Positions 15,705 through 22,446 of a DNA stretch of 32,000 nt are shown here, in pieces. The notes beneath the pieces are model-generated. The model had not been told where the DNA came from. It did no database searches and saw nothing but the letters and a program-made list of their open reading frames with translations. Source of the stretch: Planctomycetales bacterium. Lineage in GTDB: Bacteria > 4484-113 > JAFGCY01. Positions within the stretch are counted from its first letter, which is position 1; every line of letters begins with the position of its first letter. The position numbers were made by a program, and so were the translations under genes. The DNA lies in the NCBI GenBank assembly GCA_022646745.1, contig CP060262.1:2940001-2972000 (forward strand), read 5' to 3'.

Positions 15705-16406
15705 TTGCTCATCGAACTGCCGGAGCACGAAATCGTCCGCAGCGCCCGCCGCCGGCGCATCTCGCTTGAGGTACGCCACGACCGCCGGGTGATCCTGCGC
15801 CTGCCCAGCCACATCTCCGACGAGGAGGGCCAGCGCTTCCTCGCCAGCCGAGTGGACTGGGTGCTGCGCAGCCAGAACGAAATGCTCTCCCGCGAGCATG
15901 GCCGCTTGCCGGTACACATGGAGCAGGGCGGCAGTATGCCCTGGCTCGGCCGCGACTGCACAGTCGAGCTGCAGCCCGGCATCGAACCGATGGTCACTGA
16001 GGACAGCGTCATGTTGCTGCCGGCCCCCACCAATGCTTCGCCCGAGATGCAGCAGCACTGCATCCGGCTCGGCATCGACCGTCTGATCGATCGCGAGGCG
16101 ATGCCCTTCATCGGCGCCCGCCTGCGGGAGCTGTCGGAGCGCACCGGCCTGCAGGGCACCACGCTCGTGCTGAAGGACTACCGCTCGCGCTGGGGTTCCT
16201 GCAGCAACACCGGCACGATCACCCTCAACCGCCGCCTGATGCTCTGCCGCCCGGAGGTGGTCGACTATGTGATCGTGCATGAGCTCTGCCACCTGCGCCA
16301 CCTGAACCACGGCAAGCGCTTCTGGCAACTGGTGGAAAAGCACTGCCCGTCCTGGCGCCGCCAGCGCGACTGGCTGAAGGTGAACGCAACCCTGCTTGAG
16401 TTCTGA
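15705..16406 (+). CDS. YgjP/DUF45-type (M48-like) zinc metallopeptidase
   Basis: WGSCSNTGTITLNRRLMLCRPEVVDYVIVHELCHLRHLNHGKRFW is the DUF45 signature with HExxH. The start is uncertain. ATGs at 15597 and 15639 overlap the divergent gene. An in-frame TTG at 15705 follows a TAGAAT box (15700-15705). Confidence 0.8.
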   Translation: MLIELPEHEIVRSARRRRISLEVRHDRRVILRLPSHISDEEGQRFLASRVDWVLRSQNEMLSREHGRLPVHMEQGGSMPWLGRDCTVELQPGIEPMVTEDSVMLLPAPTNASPEMQQHCIRLGIDRLIDREAMPFIGARLRELSERTGLQGTTLVLKDYRSRWGSCSNTGTITLNRRLMLCRPEVVDYVIVHELCHLRHLNHGKRFWQLVEKHCPSWRRQRDWLKVNATLLEF

Positions 16407-16426
16407 TTTGCCTGTAAGATGGATAG

Positions 16427-17587
16427 GTGGACCGGCTGACCCCCTTGATTGCGCTCTGCCTCCTGCTGATTGCAGGCACGGGCTGCCAGCGCGGCACCAC
16501 CGGGGGTTACGGGCAGGGGCCGGACGTGCTCTGGTCCTACCACCTCGGCAGCTCACGCGACCTGACCGCCGACTACATCGGTGACAACATCCTGATCGCC
16601 TCATCCACTTCATCGCTCGACTGGGTGGATGTACGCACCGGCAGCGCACGTTATTCCGTCAGCGACCCCAATATGTACAACAACGGACTGATGTGGTTCG
16701 CTTCGCCGGACGGGCAGGTCTACTACATGTTGCGAACCGGCTACAGCAGCTATACCCCCGGTGGCGGTCCTCCACCGGAAGTGCTGAACTGCCGCGACTC
16801 CGCCGGCAAGCTGCAGTGGGAGGTAAACATGCCGCCCGGGGACTACCTCAGCTCCACCGCCATCGCCGCCGACCGCATCTTCCTGATCCTCGACAGTGGC
16901 AACGTGATGGCTGTATCCCGCCAGGGTGAGATGCTCTGGTTCCGCGACCTGCATGCTGAACGGCTGACAGGTTTCGCGGCCTTCGTCAGCCGCCAGCTCG
17001 TCTACATTGACAAGGATGGCTACCTATCCGTCGCCGACATGGAGGGCGAACTGGTCTGGAAGTCGGATCATCCGATGGGTTACTTCTCCTCCACGCTGGA
17101 GCTGGAGGACGGTTCGCTGGCCCTGTACGACTACCCGCTGGTGCTGCGCTACTACAACCAGCAGGGTGAACTGCTGTGGCGCGCGGACTTTGACGACTAT
17201 CGCCCGGATGCCAAGGGGCTGACCGGTGGGGACATGGTGAGCCAGTTCAATGTTGACCGCATGTTCGATGCCCTGCCGGGCAACGGCTGTGCAGTGGCCC
17301 ATCCCGATGGCGCCATCAGCGCCTACGACTCGGCGGGCAAGCTGCTGTGGCGCAGCCAGCCGACGGGCACGGCGCAGCTGATCTGCAGTGATGAACATGG
17401 CAACGTGTTCGGCTCAGTGCGCGGTGGCAGCCTGAATGCCTATGATGCAATCGGCCGGCTGGTCTGGGTCGAGGACGGGCTCGGCCTGCTCAACAGTGCT
17501 CCGAGCACTGACGGGCTGGGGCAGGTCTTCATCGAGACGGACAGCACCTTGTTCTGCCTGCGGCCGCGCATTCCGGAAATCAAATGA
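16427..17587 (+). CDS. PQQ-like beta-propeller repeat lipoprotein (BamB-like)
   Basis: 386-aa ORF with a GTG start 6 nt after TAAGAT (16415-16420). N-terminus LIALCLLLIAGTGC is a signal peptide plus Cys. Recurrent G-(E/K)-L-(L/V)-W-(R/K) strands are typical of PQQ-like or BamB propellers. Confidence 0.8.
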   Translation: MDRLTPLIALCLLLIAGTGCQRGTTGGYGQGPDVLWSYHLGSSRDLTADYIGDNILIASSTSSLDWVDVRTGSARYSVSDPNMYNNGLMWFASPDGQVYYMLRTGYSSYTPGGGPPPEVLNCRDSAGKLQWEVNMPPGDYLSSTAIAADRIFLILDSGNVMAVSRQGEMLWFRDLHAERLTGFAAFVSRQLVYIDKDGYLSVADMEGELVWKSDHPMGYFSSTLELEDGSLALYDYPLVLRYYNQQGELLWRADFDDYRPDAKGLTGGDMVSQFNVDRMFDALPGNGCAVAHPDGAISAYDSAGKLLWRSQPTGTAQLICSDEHGNVFGSVRGGSLNAYDAIGRLVWVEDGLGLLNSAPSTDGLGQVFIETDSTLFCLRPRIPEIK

Positions 17588-17626
17588 AAATGGCTCTCAA
17601 TTGAAATAACGTGAATAAAATCACGA

Positions 17627-17632
17627 TATAGT
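17627..17632 (+). promoter_or_regulatory. -10 box TATAGT, 8 nt before the ndh ATG
   Basis: Lies in an AT-rich 53-nt spacer. TTGAAA is present upstream at 17601-17606. Confidence 0.5.
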
Positions 17633-17640
17633 AGCGCGTC

Positions 17641-18933
17641 ATGCAGAACGGTAAGCACAGGGTAGTGATCGTCGGGGCCGGCTTCGGCGGGCTGTACGCC
17701 GCCAAGGCGCTGCGTCATGCGGACATCGACCTGACGATCGTCGACCGGCGCAACTTCCACCTGTTCCAGCCCCTGCTGTACCAGGTCGCCACCGGCGTGC
17801 TGTCACCCGCCAACATCGCCGCCCCGGTGCGTGCCATCCTCAAGCGCAACCGCAACACGCGCACGCTGCTTGGTGAGGTGACCGGCGTTGACATAGAGCG
17901 CAGCCGCCTGAACCTTAAGGAAGGGGCGATCGAGTTTGACAGCCTGATCCTCGCGCCGGGCAGTGAGACCAGCTACTTTGGCAACGACGGCTGGGCTGAG
18001 ATCGCCCCCGGGCTGAAGACCGTTGAGGATGCCACCCGCATCCGGGCCCGCATCCTTGCCGCCTTCGAACAGGCTGAGCTGGAGCAGGTGCCGGACCGCA
18101 TCCGCCGACTGCTGACCTTCGTCGTTGCTGGCGGCGGGCCAACTGGTGTCGAGCTGGCCGGGGCGATTGCCGAAATCGCACGCCACACCCTGACCCATGA
18201 GTTCCGTACGATCACACCCGCCGATTCCCGCATCCTGCTGGTGCAGGGCGGGGAGCGCCTGCTGCAGGGATACCCGGAGGAATTGTCAGCGAATGCCCAG
18301 CGTTCGCTGGAGAAGCTCGGCGTGGAGATCCTGCTGAAGCACAAGGCCGTGGATGTCAGCGAGCGTGGGGCACTGATCCGAAATGAAGCGGGCGAGGAGC
18401 AGTTCGTGGAATCCGCCAACATCCTCTGGGCCACGGGCGTGAAGGCATCCCCGCTTGGAGCCGCGCTGCGTGATGCCACCGGCTGTGAACTGGACCGGGC
18501 AGGGCGGGTTAAGGTGCTGCCGGACTGCAGCATCGCGGGCCATCCGAACATCTTCGTGGTTGGCGACATGGCCAGCCTCGATGACGCACAGGGCAGGCCG
18601 CTGCCCGGCGTGGCGCAGGTGGCGATGCAGCAGGCAGCCTTCGCCGGCCGGCTGGTCGTCGATCGCGTGAAGGGCCGAGCAACGAATGGCAGGAAGTTCA
18701 GTTACCGTGACCGTGGCAGCATGGCAACCATCGGACGCGCCAGTGCGGTGGCCGACCTTGGCAGCATGAAACTGACCGGCATGCCGGGCTGGCTTGCCTG
18801 GCTGTTCATCCACCTGATGTACATCGTGGAATATGACAACCGCGTGCTGGTGCTCTTCCAGTGGTGCTGGTACTACCTGACCTGGAACCGCAGTGCGCGC
18901 CTGATCACGAATCCTGAGGAGGCCAAGCTGTAA
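17641..18933 (+). CDS. ndh: Type II NADH dehydrogenase (NDH-2)
   Basis: KHRVVIVGAGFGGLYAAKAL (first dinucleotide fold), FVVAGGGPTGVELAGA (second), IFVVGDMA, and a hydrophobic C-terminal tail. Length 430 aa. Confidence 0.9.
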   Translation: MQNGKHRVVIVGAGFGGLYAAKALRHADIDLTIVDRRNFHLFQPLLYQVATGVLSPANIAAPVRAILKRNRNTRTLLGEVTGVDIERSRLNLKEGAIEFDSLILAPGSETSYFGNDGWAEIAPGLKTVEDATRIRARILAAFEQAELEQVPDRIRRLLTFVVAGGGPTGVELAGAIAEIARHTLTHEFRTITPADSRILLVQGGERLLQGYPEELSANAQRSLEKLGVEILLKHKAVDVSERGALIRNEAGEEQFVESANILWATGVKASPLGAALRDATGCELDRAGRVKVLPDCSIAGHPNIFVVGDMASLDDAQGRPLPGVAQVAMQQAAFAGRLVVDRVKGRATNGRKFSYRDRGSMATIGRASAVADLGSMKLTGMPGWLAWLFIHLMYIVEYDNRVLVLFQWCWYYLTWNRSARLITNPEEAKL

Positions 18934-18940
18934 GCTTGGC
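18922..18940. terminator. Hairpin overlapping the ndh stop codon
   Basis: GCCAAGCT-gta-AGCTTGGC, an 8-bp stem, followed by a T-containing heptamer tract. Confidence 0.45.
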
Positions 18941-18947
18941 AAACAAG

Positions 18948-18975
18948 GTTGTAGTTTGGAGTTTGGAGTTTGGAA
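18948..18975. repeat. Heptamer tract (TTTGGAG)x3-4
   Basis: GTTGTAG TTTGGAG TTTGGAG TTTGGAA. This is the reverse complement of the CTCCAAA unit in the tract at 19796-19886. Confidence 0.75.
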
Positions 18976-19018
18976 AAGCGGCACGCTGCGTTTCTACCGG
19001 CTGCTTGGTACACCAATC

Positions 19019-19064
19019 GGAGGCCAGATCCATGGTCTGGCAGGTGCTCAGGGCCATGCCCTGA
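19019..19064. repeat. GGAG-GCCAGA hairpin module plus a second hairpin
   Basis: GGAG-GCCAGA-tccatgg-TCTGGC at 19019-19041, same family as 8336-8357. TCAGGG-ccatg-CCCTGA at 19048-19064. Confidence 0.65.
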
Positions 19065-19105
19065 AATTCCCATAACTCCACTACTGCCTGCTGTAACATT
19101 GTTTC

Positions 19106-19768
19106 GTGACTTCCACGCATTGCTTTCTGATGCAGCTTATCCCAGTGTTGATTCTGGCGTCCATGCTTAGCTGCTCACCAATGCTTGCCCATGCGCAGGA
19201 CGGCGAAGCGGCTGGTCTGGATGCGGACGCAAGAGCAATGATCGCTAAGAAGAATTTCTCTGTTGTAGTCACGGCAATGTACAAATACTACAACGAGCAT
19301 GGGAGTAACTATCCACACTCACTTTGTCAACTTGTGGACTGTGGCTACCTGCAGGAAATGCCTGTAAATCCCTATACCGGCAAGCCCGTCAGGCAGGTTA
19401 GGATCGGGGAGTTGCCAAACGCAGGTGAATTGTCACTGTTGCTTGGCAGGACTCGTTTCCTCGATTCCGCCGGCAATGTGCAATCCACACAATCAGAGAT
19501 GTTCCTGCTGGGCTATGTCGACTCGCAGTACAGCAAGAGAAAGGGCATGCTCCGCATGAACTGGAATCAGATGATTGCAGGACCGGAGTTTGCTTTGCAG
19601 CTGCCAGCGGAAATCAACAGTTCCCTGCGAATGGCCTGGGGTGGAATCAGCTATCCCTGCTATGGATATGTTGGCCCGTATCAAGTTGAGTTTGATTCAA
19701 TAGAGGAAGTGCTGCTGCGGGATGGATACAGTTTGCCAATCCAGGTCCAACAATTTTGCGACGACTAG
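19106..19768 (+). CDS. GspG-like (pseudopilin-fold) secreted protein, paralog 1 of 4
   Basis: 220-aa ORF with a GTG start 6 nt after TAACAT (19094-19099). The signal-peptide-like N-terminus ends in LAHA-QD. Core: YKYYNEHGSNYPHSLCQLVDCGYLQEMPVNPYTGKPV. C-terminal motif RDGYSLPIQ is shared with the next three ORFs. Confidence 0.8.
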   Translation: MTSTHCFLMQLIPVLILASMLSCSPMLAHAQDGEAAGLDADARAMIAKKNFSVVVTAMYKYYNEHGSNYPHSLCQLVDCGYLQEMPVNPYTGKPVRQVRIGELPNAGELSLLLGRTRFLDSAGNVQSTQSEMFLLGYVDSQYSKRKGMLRMNWNQMIAGPEFALQLPAEINSSLRMAWGGISYPCYGYVGPYQVEFDSIEEVLLRDGYSLPIQVQQFCDD

Positions 19769-19795
19769 GCCCCCGGCCAGCGCCCTGCGTCCTTT

Positions 19796-19886
19796 CCAAA
19801 CTCCCACCTCCAACCTCCAAACTCCCACCTCCAACCTCCAACCTCCAAACTCCCACCTCCAACCTCCAAACTCCAAACTCCACCCT
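19796..19886. repeat. 13-unit heptamer tandem repeat (CCAAACT / CCCACCT / CCAACCT)
   Basis: Thirteen contiguous 7-nt units with a 21-nt higher-order pattern (CCAAACT CCCACCT CCAACCT). Lies between paralog 1 and the micro-ORF. Confidence 0.9.
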
Positions 19887-19906
19887 CATCCACTATCATC
19901 TTCCCC

Positions 19907-20029
19907 ATGCATCTGCCCTGCGGCCTGACCCGCAAGATCATGATCGGCTTCGCCATCGCCTGGGGACTGGTCTCGGTCTACTGCATATACATCCTGATTG
20001 AATGGACCATTGCCTACAACGCCCGCTGA
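19907..20029 (+). CDS. 40-aa micro-ORF encoding a single TM helix homologous to the N-terminus of the 20787 paralog (micro-protein or gene remnant)
   Basis: MHLPCGLTRKIMIGFAIAWGLVSVYCIYILIEWTIAYNAR aligns with FTKRDYLVLFGIAWAVVLLYCFYLIG of the 20787 protein (F-x-IAW-x-x-V-x-x-YC-x-Y). TATCAT (19894-19899) lies 7 nt before the ATG. Not in the ORF track because it is under 60 aa. Confidence 0.45.
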   Translation: MHLPCGLTRKIMIGFAIAWGLVSVYCIYILIEWTIAYNAR

Positions 20030-20094
20030 TCGCCCCCGCACCAGCAGCTTCTGACCCCCTGTAACATCCTTGCCCCCCTGTTAATCCTTTCTCT

Positions 20095-20787
20095 GTGGGA
20101 CGGTTCACATTTACTGGGCGGGACTTTGCCGTGATCCTCGGGACATTTGCTGCCCTGATCCTTGCCTACGGAGTGATTCAGGTCGGCATCTTCCTTGTCG
20201 AGGTCAGAAAGTACTATGCCATCGAAGCTGCAAGGACTCCCAATGATCTCGCGGTTGACAACACAAACAGGATCTGGGGCGCACTGCTGACATACGAACA
20301 TGAAAATCCTAACCAGCTTCCCGAAACACTTGATGAGCTCGTTGCCAGTGGAAATTTGCGCTCGGTGCCCCTCAACCCATTCAGCGGCAAACCCGTGAAG
20401 CGGATGAGGCTTGATGAAAAGCCGGTTCCCGGCGACATCTGCTACATCACTGGTTCCGCTGAGTATGGTCGGAGGGATGGAAAGGAAGTCAATCCAGAGC
20501 GGATTTTTGTTATTGTTGGCTATGGCGACCCGGATGGCGAATACTACAAGTATGCATCCGGAAGGCACATGACATGGAACGAGTCCCTGCGAGGAAATGA
20601 TGTGAGGTTGCCTGATGAATGGGATTGCTATGTTGTTTACATTGAGGGCGAACTTGGAGGAATTGGTCCCTGCAAACTGAACGAGGAATGGTATTACAGG
20701 AGCCAGTCCATTGAAGAAGCGATGTTGAACGAGGGCTATGAACTTCCCATCAAGGCTATTGTCAACGATTCCGGTCAATCCAGCTAA
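20095..20787 (+). CDS. GspG-like (pseudopilin-fold) membrane-anchored protein, paralog 2 of 4
   Basis: 230-aa ORF. N-terminus GRFTFTGRDFAVILGTFAALILAYG is a TM helix. Core: NDLAVDNTNRIWGALLTYEHENPNQLPETLDELVASGNLRSVPLNPFSGKPV. C-terminal NEGYELPIK. Confidence 0.85.
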   Translation: MGRFTFTGRDFAVILGTFAALILAYGVIQVGIFLVEVRKYYAIEAARTPNDLAVDNTNRIWGALLTYEHENPNQLPETLDELVASGNLRSVPLNPFSGKPVKRMRLDEKPVPGDICYITGSAEYGRRDGKEVNPERIFVIVGYGDPDGEYYKYASGRHMTWNESLRGNDVRLPDEWDCYVVYIEGELGGIGPCKLNEEWYYRSQSIEEAMLNEGYELPIKAIVNDSGQSS

Positions 20788-21461
20788 TGTCCAGATTTGC
20801 ATTCACGAAGCGGGACTACCTTGTGCTCTTCGGCATAGCCTGGGCTGTCGTCCTGCTGTACTGCTTCTACCTGATTGGCGCGAAGGCGATGGACTTGCGC
20901 CGCAAGGCGATCATCGATGCCAACCGCACTCGAAATGACATCGTGATTGACAACACATACGAGATTATGCATGCACTTACGAGATACAAAGTGGACCACG
21001 CTGGCAACGGACCACCCAGTCTGGACAAGATCCTGGGAACTCGTTACCTGAGGAAAATGCCAACGAATCCCTACACCGCTCAGCCAGTCAGGCTGGTGCG
21101 GATGGGGGAAAGGAAATGCGAGGGCGAGCTGACATTCATGAAGGGGAGCTCCTACATCGGAAATGTCTCCACTTCTGAGCTAAATCGGAATGATGACTTA
21201 TTGATCATCGCCTATGGGAATCGCGAGGAGGGATTCATTAAGTACGCGGACTGGCGATTCTTTCCTGAAGGAAATGAACTCTGGTCGGATGAGTTGGCAA
21301 GCAAGCTGGTCTGGATCACCGGGGGCCTGGCGGTCGGCGGCAAGACCATGGGTGGGGGAGCTTACTGGTACCGTGACAGCGATGAAGAAATCTACACTGC
21401 CAACGGCTATACCCTGCCAATCCAGATGGAGAAGGAAGCTTTTCCCGGTGATGACCAGTGA
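20787..21461 (+). CDS. GspG-like (pseudopilin-fold) membrane-anchored protein, paralog 3 of 4
   Basis: 224-aa ORF whose start overlaps the previous stop (TAATG). N-terminus SRFAFTKRDYLVLFGIAWAVVLLYC. Core: NDIVIDNTYEIMHALTRYKVDHAGNGPPSLDKILGTRYLRKMPTNPYTAQPV. C-terminal ANGYTLPIQ. Confidence 0.85.
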   Translation: MSRFAFTKRDYLVLFGIAWAVVLLYCFYLIGAKAMDLRRKAIIDANRTRNDIVIDNTYEIMHALTRYKVDHAGNGPPSLDKILGTRYLRKMPTNPYTAQPVRLVRMGERKCEGELTFMKGSSYIGNVSTSELNRNDDLLIIAYGNREEGFIKYADWRFFPEGNELWSDELASKLVWITGGLAVGGKTMGGGAYWYRDSDEEIYTANGYTLPIQMEKEAFPGDDQ

Positions 21462-22138
21462 GCAAGAAATTGAAGTCCGCGCTGACTGGCCTGCTGCTGT
21501 TTGCCAGCGCTGCACTGCTCGGATACTACGGGCTTCGCTGGTATAACAACCGGTTGATGCTAAATAGGCATGATTCACAGCAGGCCGCCATGTTGCTTGA
21601 ACAGCGCACTGAAAATGACATTGTTGTTGACAACGCACAGCTTATTCTGCAGGCCATGTATGATTATGCGAGGGATCATGACTGGGTTTACTCGCGTAGT
21701 CTGGAAGAGCTGGTAGACGAACATTACTTGAGCAGCATTCCTGTTAATCCATTTACTGGCCAACCTACGGAATTGATCAGAGTCGGGGATATGCCCAATG
21801 CCGGAAACTTGAGCATTGTGTTTGGAGAATCGGGAGCCAGGGATGACAGTGGAAACATTGTGGAACGGAATGATGCCACATGGCTGATTGGCTACGGAGA
21901 TCCCGCGCTTGGCTTCAATCTGCATCCACGGCATGTAGCAGGTCAGGAATGGGATGAACCATCGATTGAGGAAGCATTGCGAAGAACTATCATTTTTCTA
22001 GACGGCGATTTGCTGGTCACCAGCGTGCGTAGGATGGATGGTAATCACTATTGGAGGGATTCACTCGAAACCGTATTAAGGAAGAACGGCTATACCCTGC
22101 CAATCAAGATGGATGCCGGGGAAGCGGCTGGGAAGTAG
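21458..22138 (+). CDS. GspG-like (pseudopilin-fold) membrane-anchored protein, paralog 4 of 4
   Basis: 226-aa ORF whose GTG start overlaps the previous stop (GTGA). TM helix ALTGLLLFASAALLGYYGL. Core: NDIVVDNAQLILQAMYDYARDH...LEELVDEHYLSSIPVNPFTGQPT. C-terminal KNGYTLPIK. Confidence 0.85.
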   Translation: MSKKLKSALTGLLLFASAALLGYYGLRWYNNRLMLNRHDSQQAAMLLEQRTENDIVVDNAQLILQAMYDYARDHDWVYSRSLEELVDEHYLSSIPVNPFTGQPTELIRVGDMPNAGNLSIVFGESGARDDSGNIVERNDATWLIGYGDPALGFNLHPRHVAGQEWDEPSIEEALRRTIIFLDGDLLVTSVRRMDGNHYWRDSLETVLRKNGYTLPIKMDAGEAAGK

Positions 22139-22267
22139 ATTCCGATTGACCAGAAAATCTTCGTGCTCTCTGTGTGCTCTGTGGTTAGTCTTCCCCTGTG
22201 CCCTTGTCTCGCAACCGCTGAAACGTGTAGCTCACATTGTGCGACTCGCGTCTCTGTTACCTCCGCG

Positions 22268-22309
22268 CATCCCCCATCCCTCATCCCACATCCCTCCGGT
22301 CCCTGCTCC
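22268..22309. repeat. Heptamer tract (CATCCCN)x4 plus degenerate units
   Basis: CATCCCC CATCCCT CATCCCA CATCCCT CCGGTCC CTGCTCC, directly 3' of the tRNA on its transcribed strand. Confidence 0.75.
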
Positions 22310-22318
22310 CTGTGAAAT

Positions 22319-22391
22319 CGACCGCGGCAGGATTCGAACCTGCGACCTACAGCTCCGGAGGCTGTCGCTCTATCCCCTGAGCTACGCGGCC
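22319..22391 (-). tRNA. tRNA-Arg (anticodon CCG)
   Basis: The rc reads GGCCGCG-TA-GCTC-AGGGGATA-GAGC-G-ACAGC-CTCCGGA-GCTGT-AGGTC-GCAGG-TTCGAAT-CCTGC-CGCGGTC-G. This is a full 73-nt cloverleaf with a 7-bp acceptor stem (one G-U). The anticodon loop is CU-CCG-GA and the T-loop is TTCGAAT. CCA is not encoded. Confidence 0.93.
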
Positions 22392-22399
22392 ATGGGGGG

Positions 22400-22405
22400 A
22401 TTATG
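22400..22405 (-). promoter_or_regulatory. -10 box CATAAT, 8 nt upstream of tRNA position 1
   Basis: The rc of ATTATG is CATAAT. The spacing to the mature 5' end equals the -10-to-start-codon spacing seen at the protein genes. Confidence 0.5.
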
Positions 22406-22422
22406 TTACCACGCCAGGCCGC

Positions 22423-22440
22423 TGCCTGCATGCGCAGGCA
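22423..22440. terminator. Hairpin 3' of the HD-GYP gene
   Basis: TGCCTGC-atgc-GCAGGCA, a 7-bp stem 7 nt after the stop codon. No U-run. Confidence 0.35.
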
Positions 22441-22446
22441 TACAGC

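Noticed and set aside
19722-20001. ORFs translating the 13-unit heptamer tract into PTSNLQ-type peptide repeats.
   Set aside because: The 7-nt unit is not a multiple of 3. The repeat therefore reads in all three frames, and the apparent 7-aa repeat is an artefact of the 21-nt super-period. There are no start signals.
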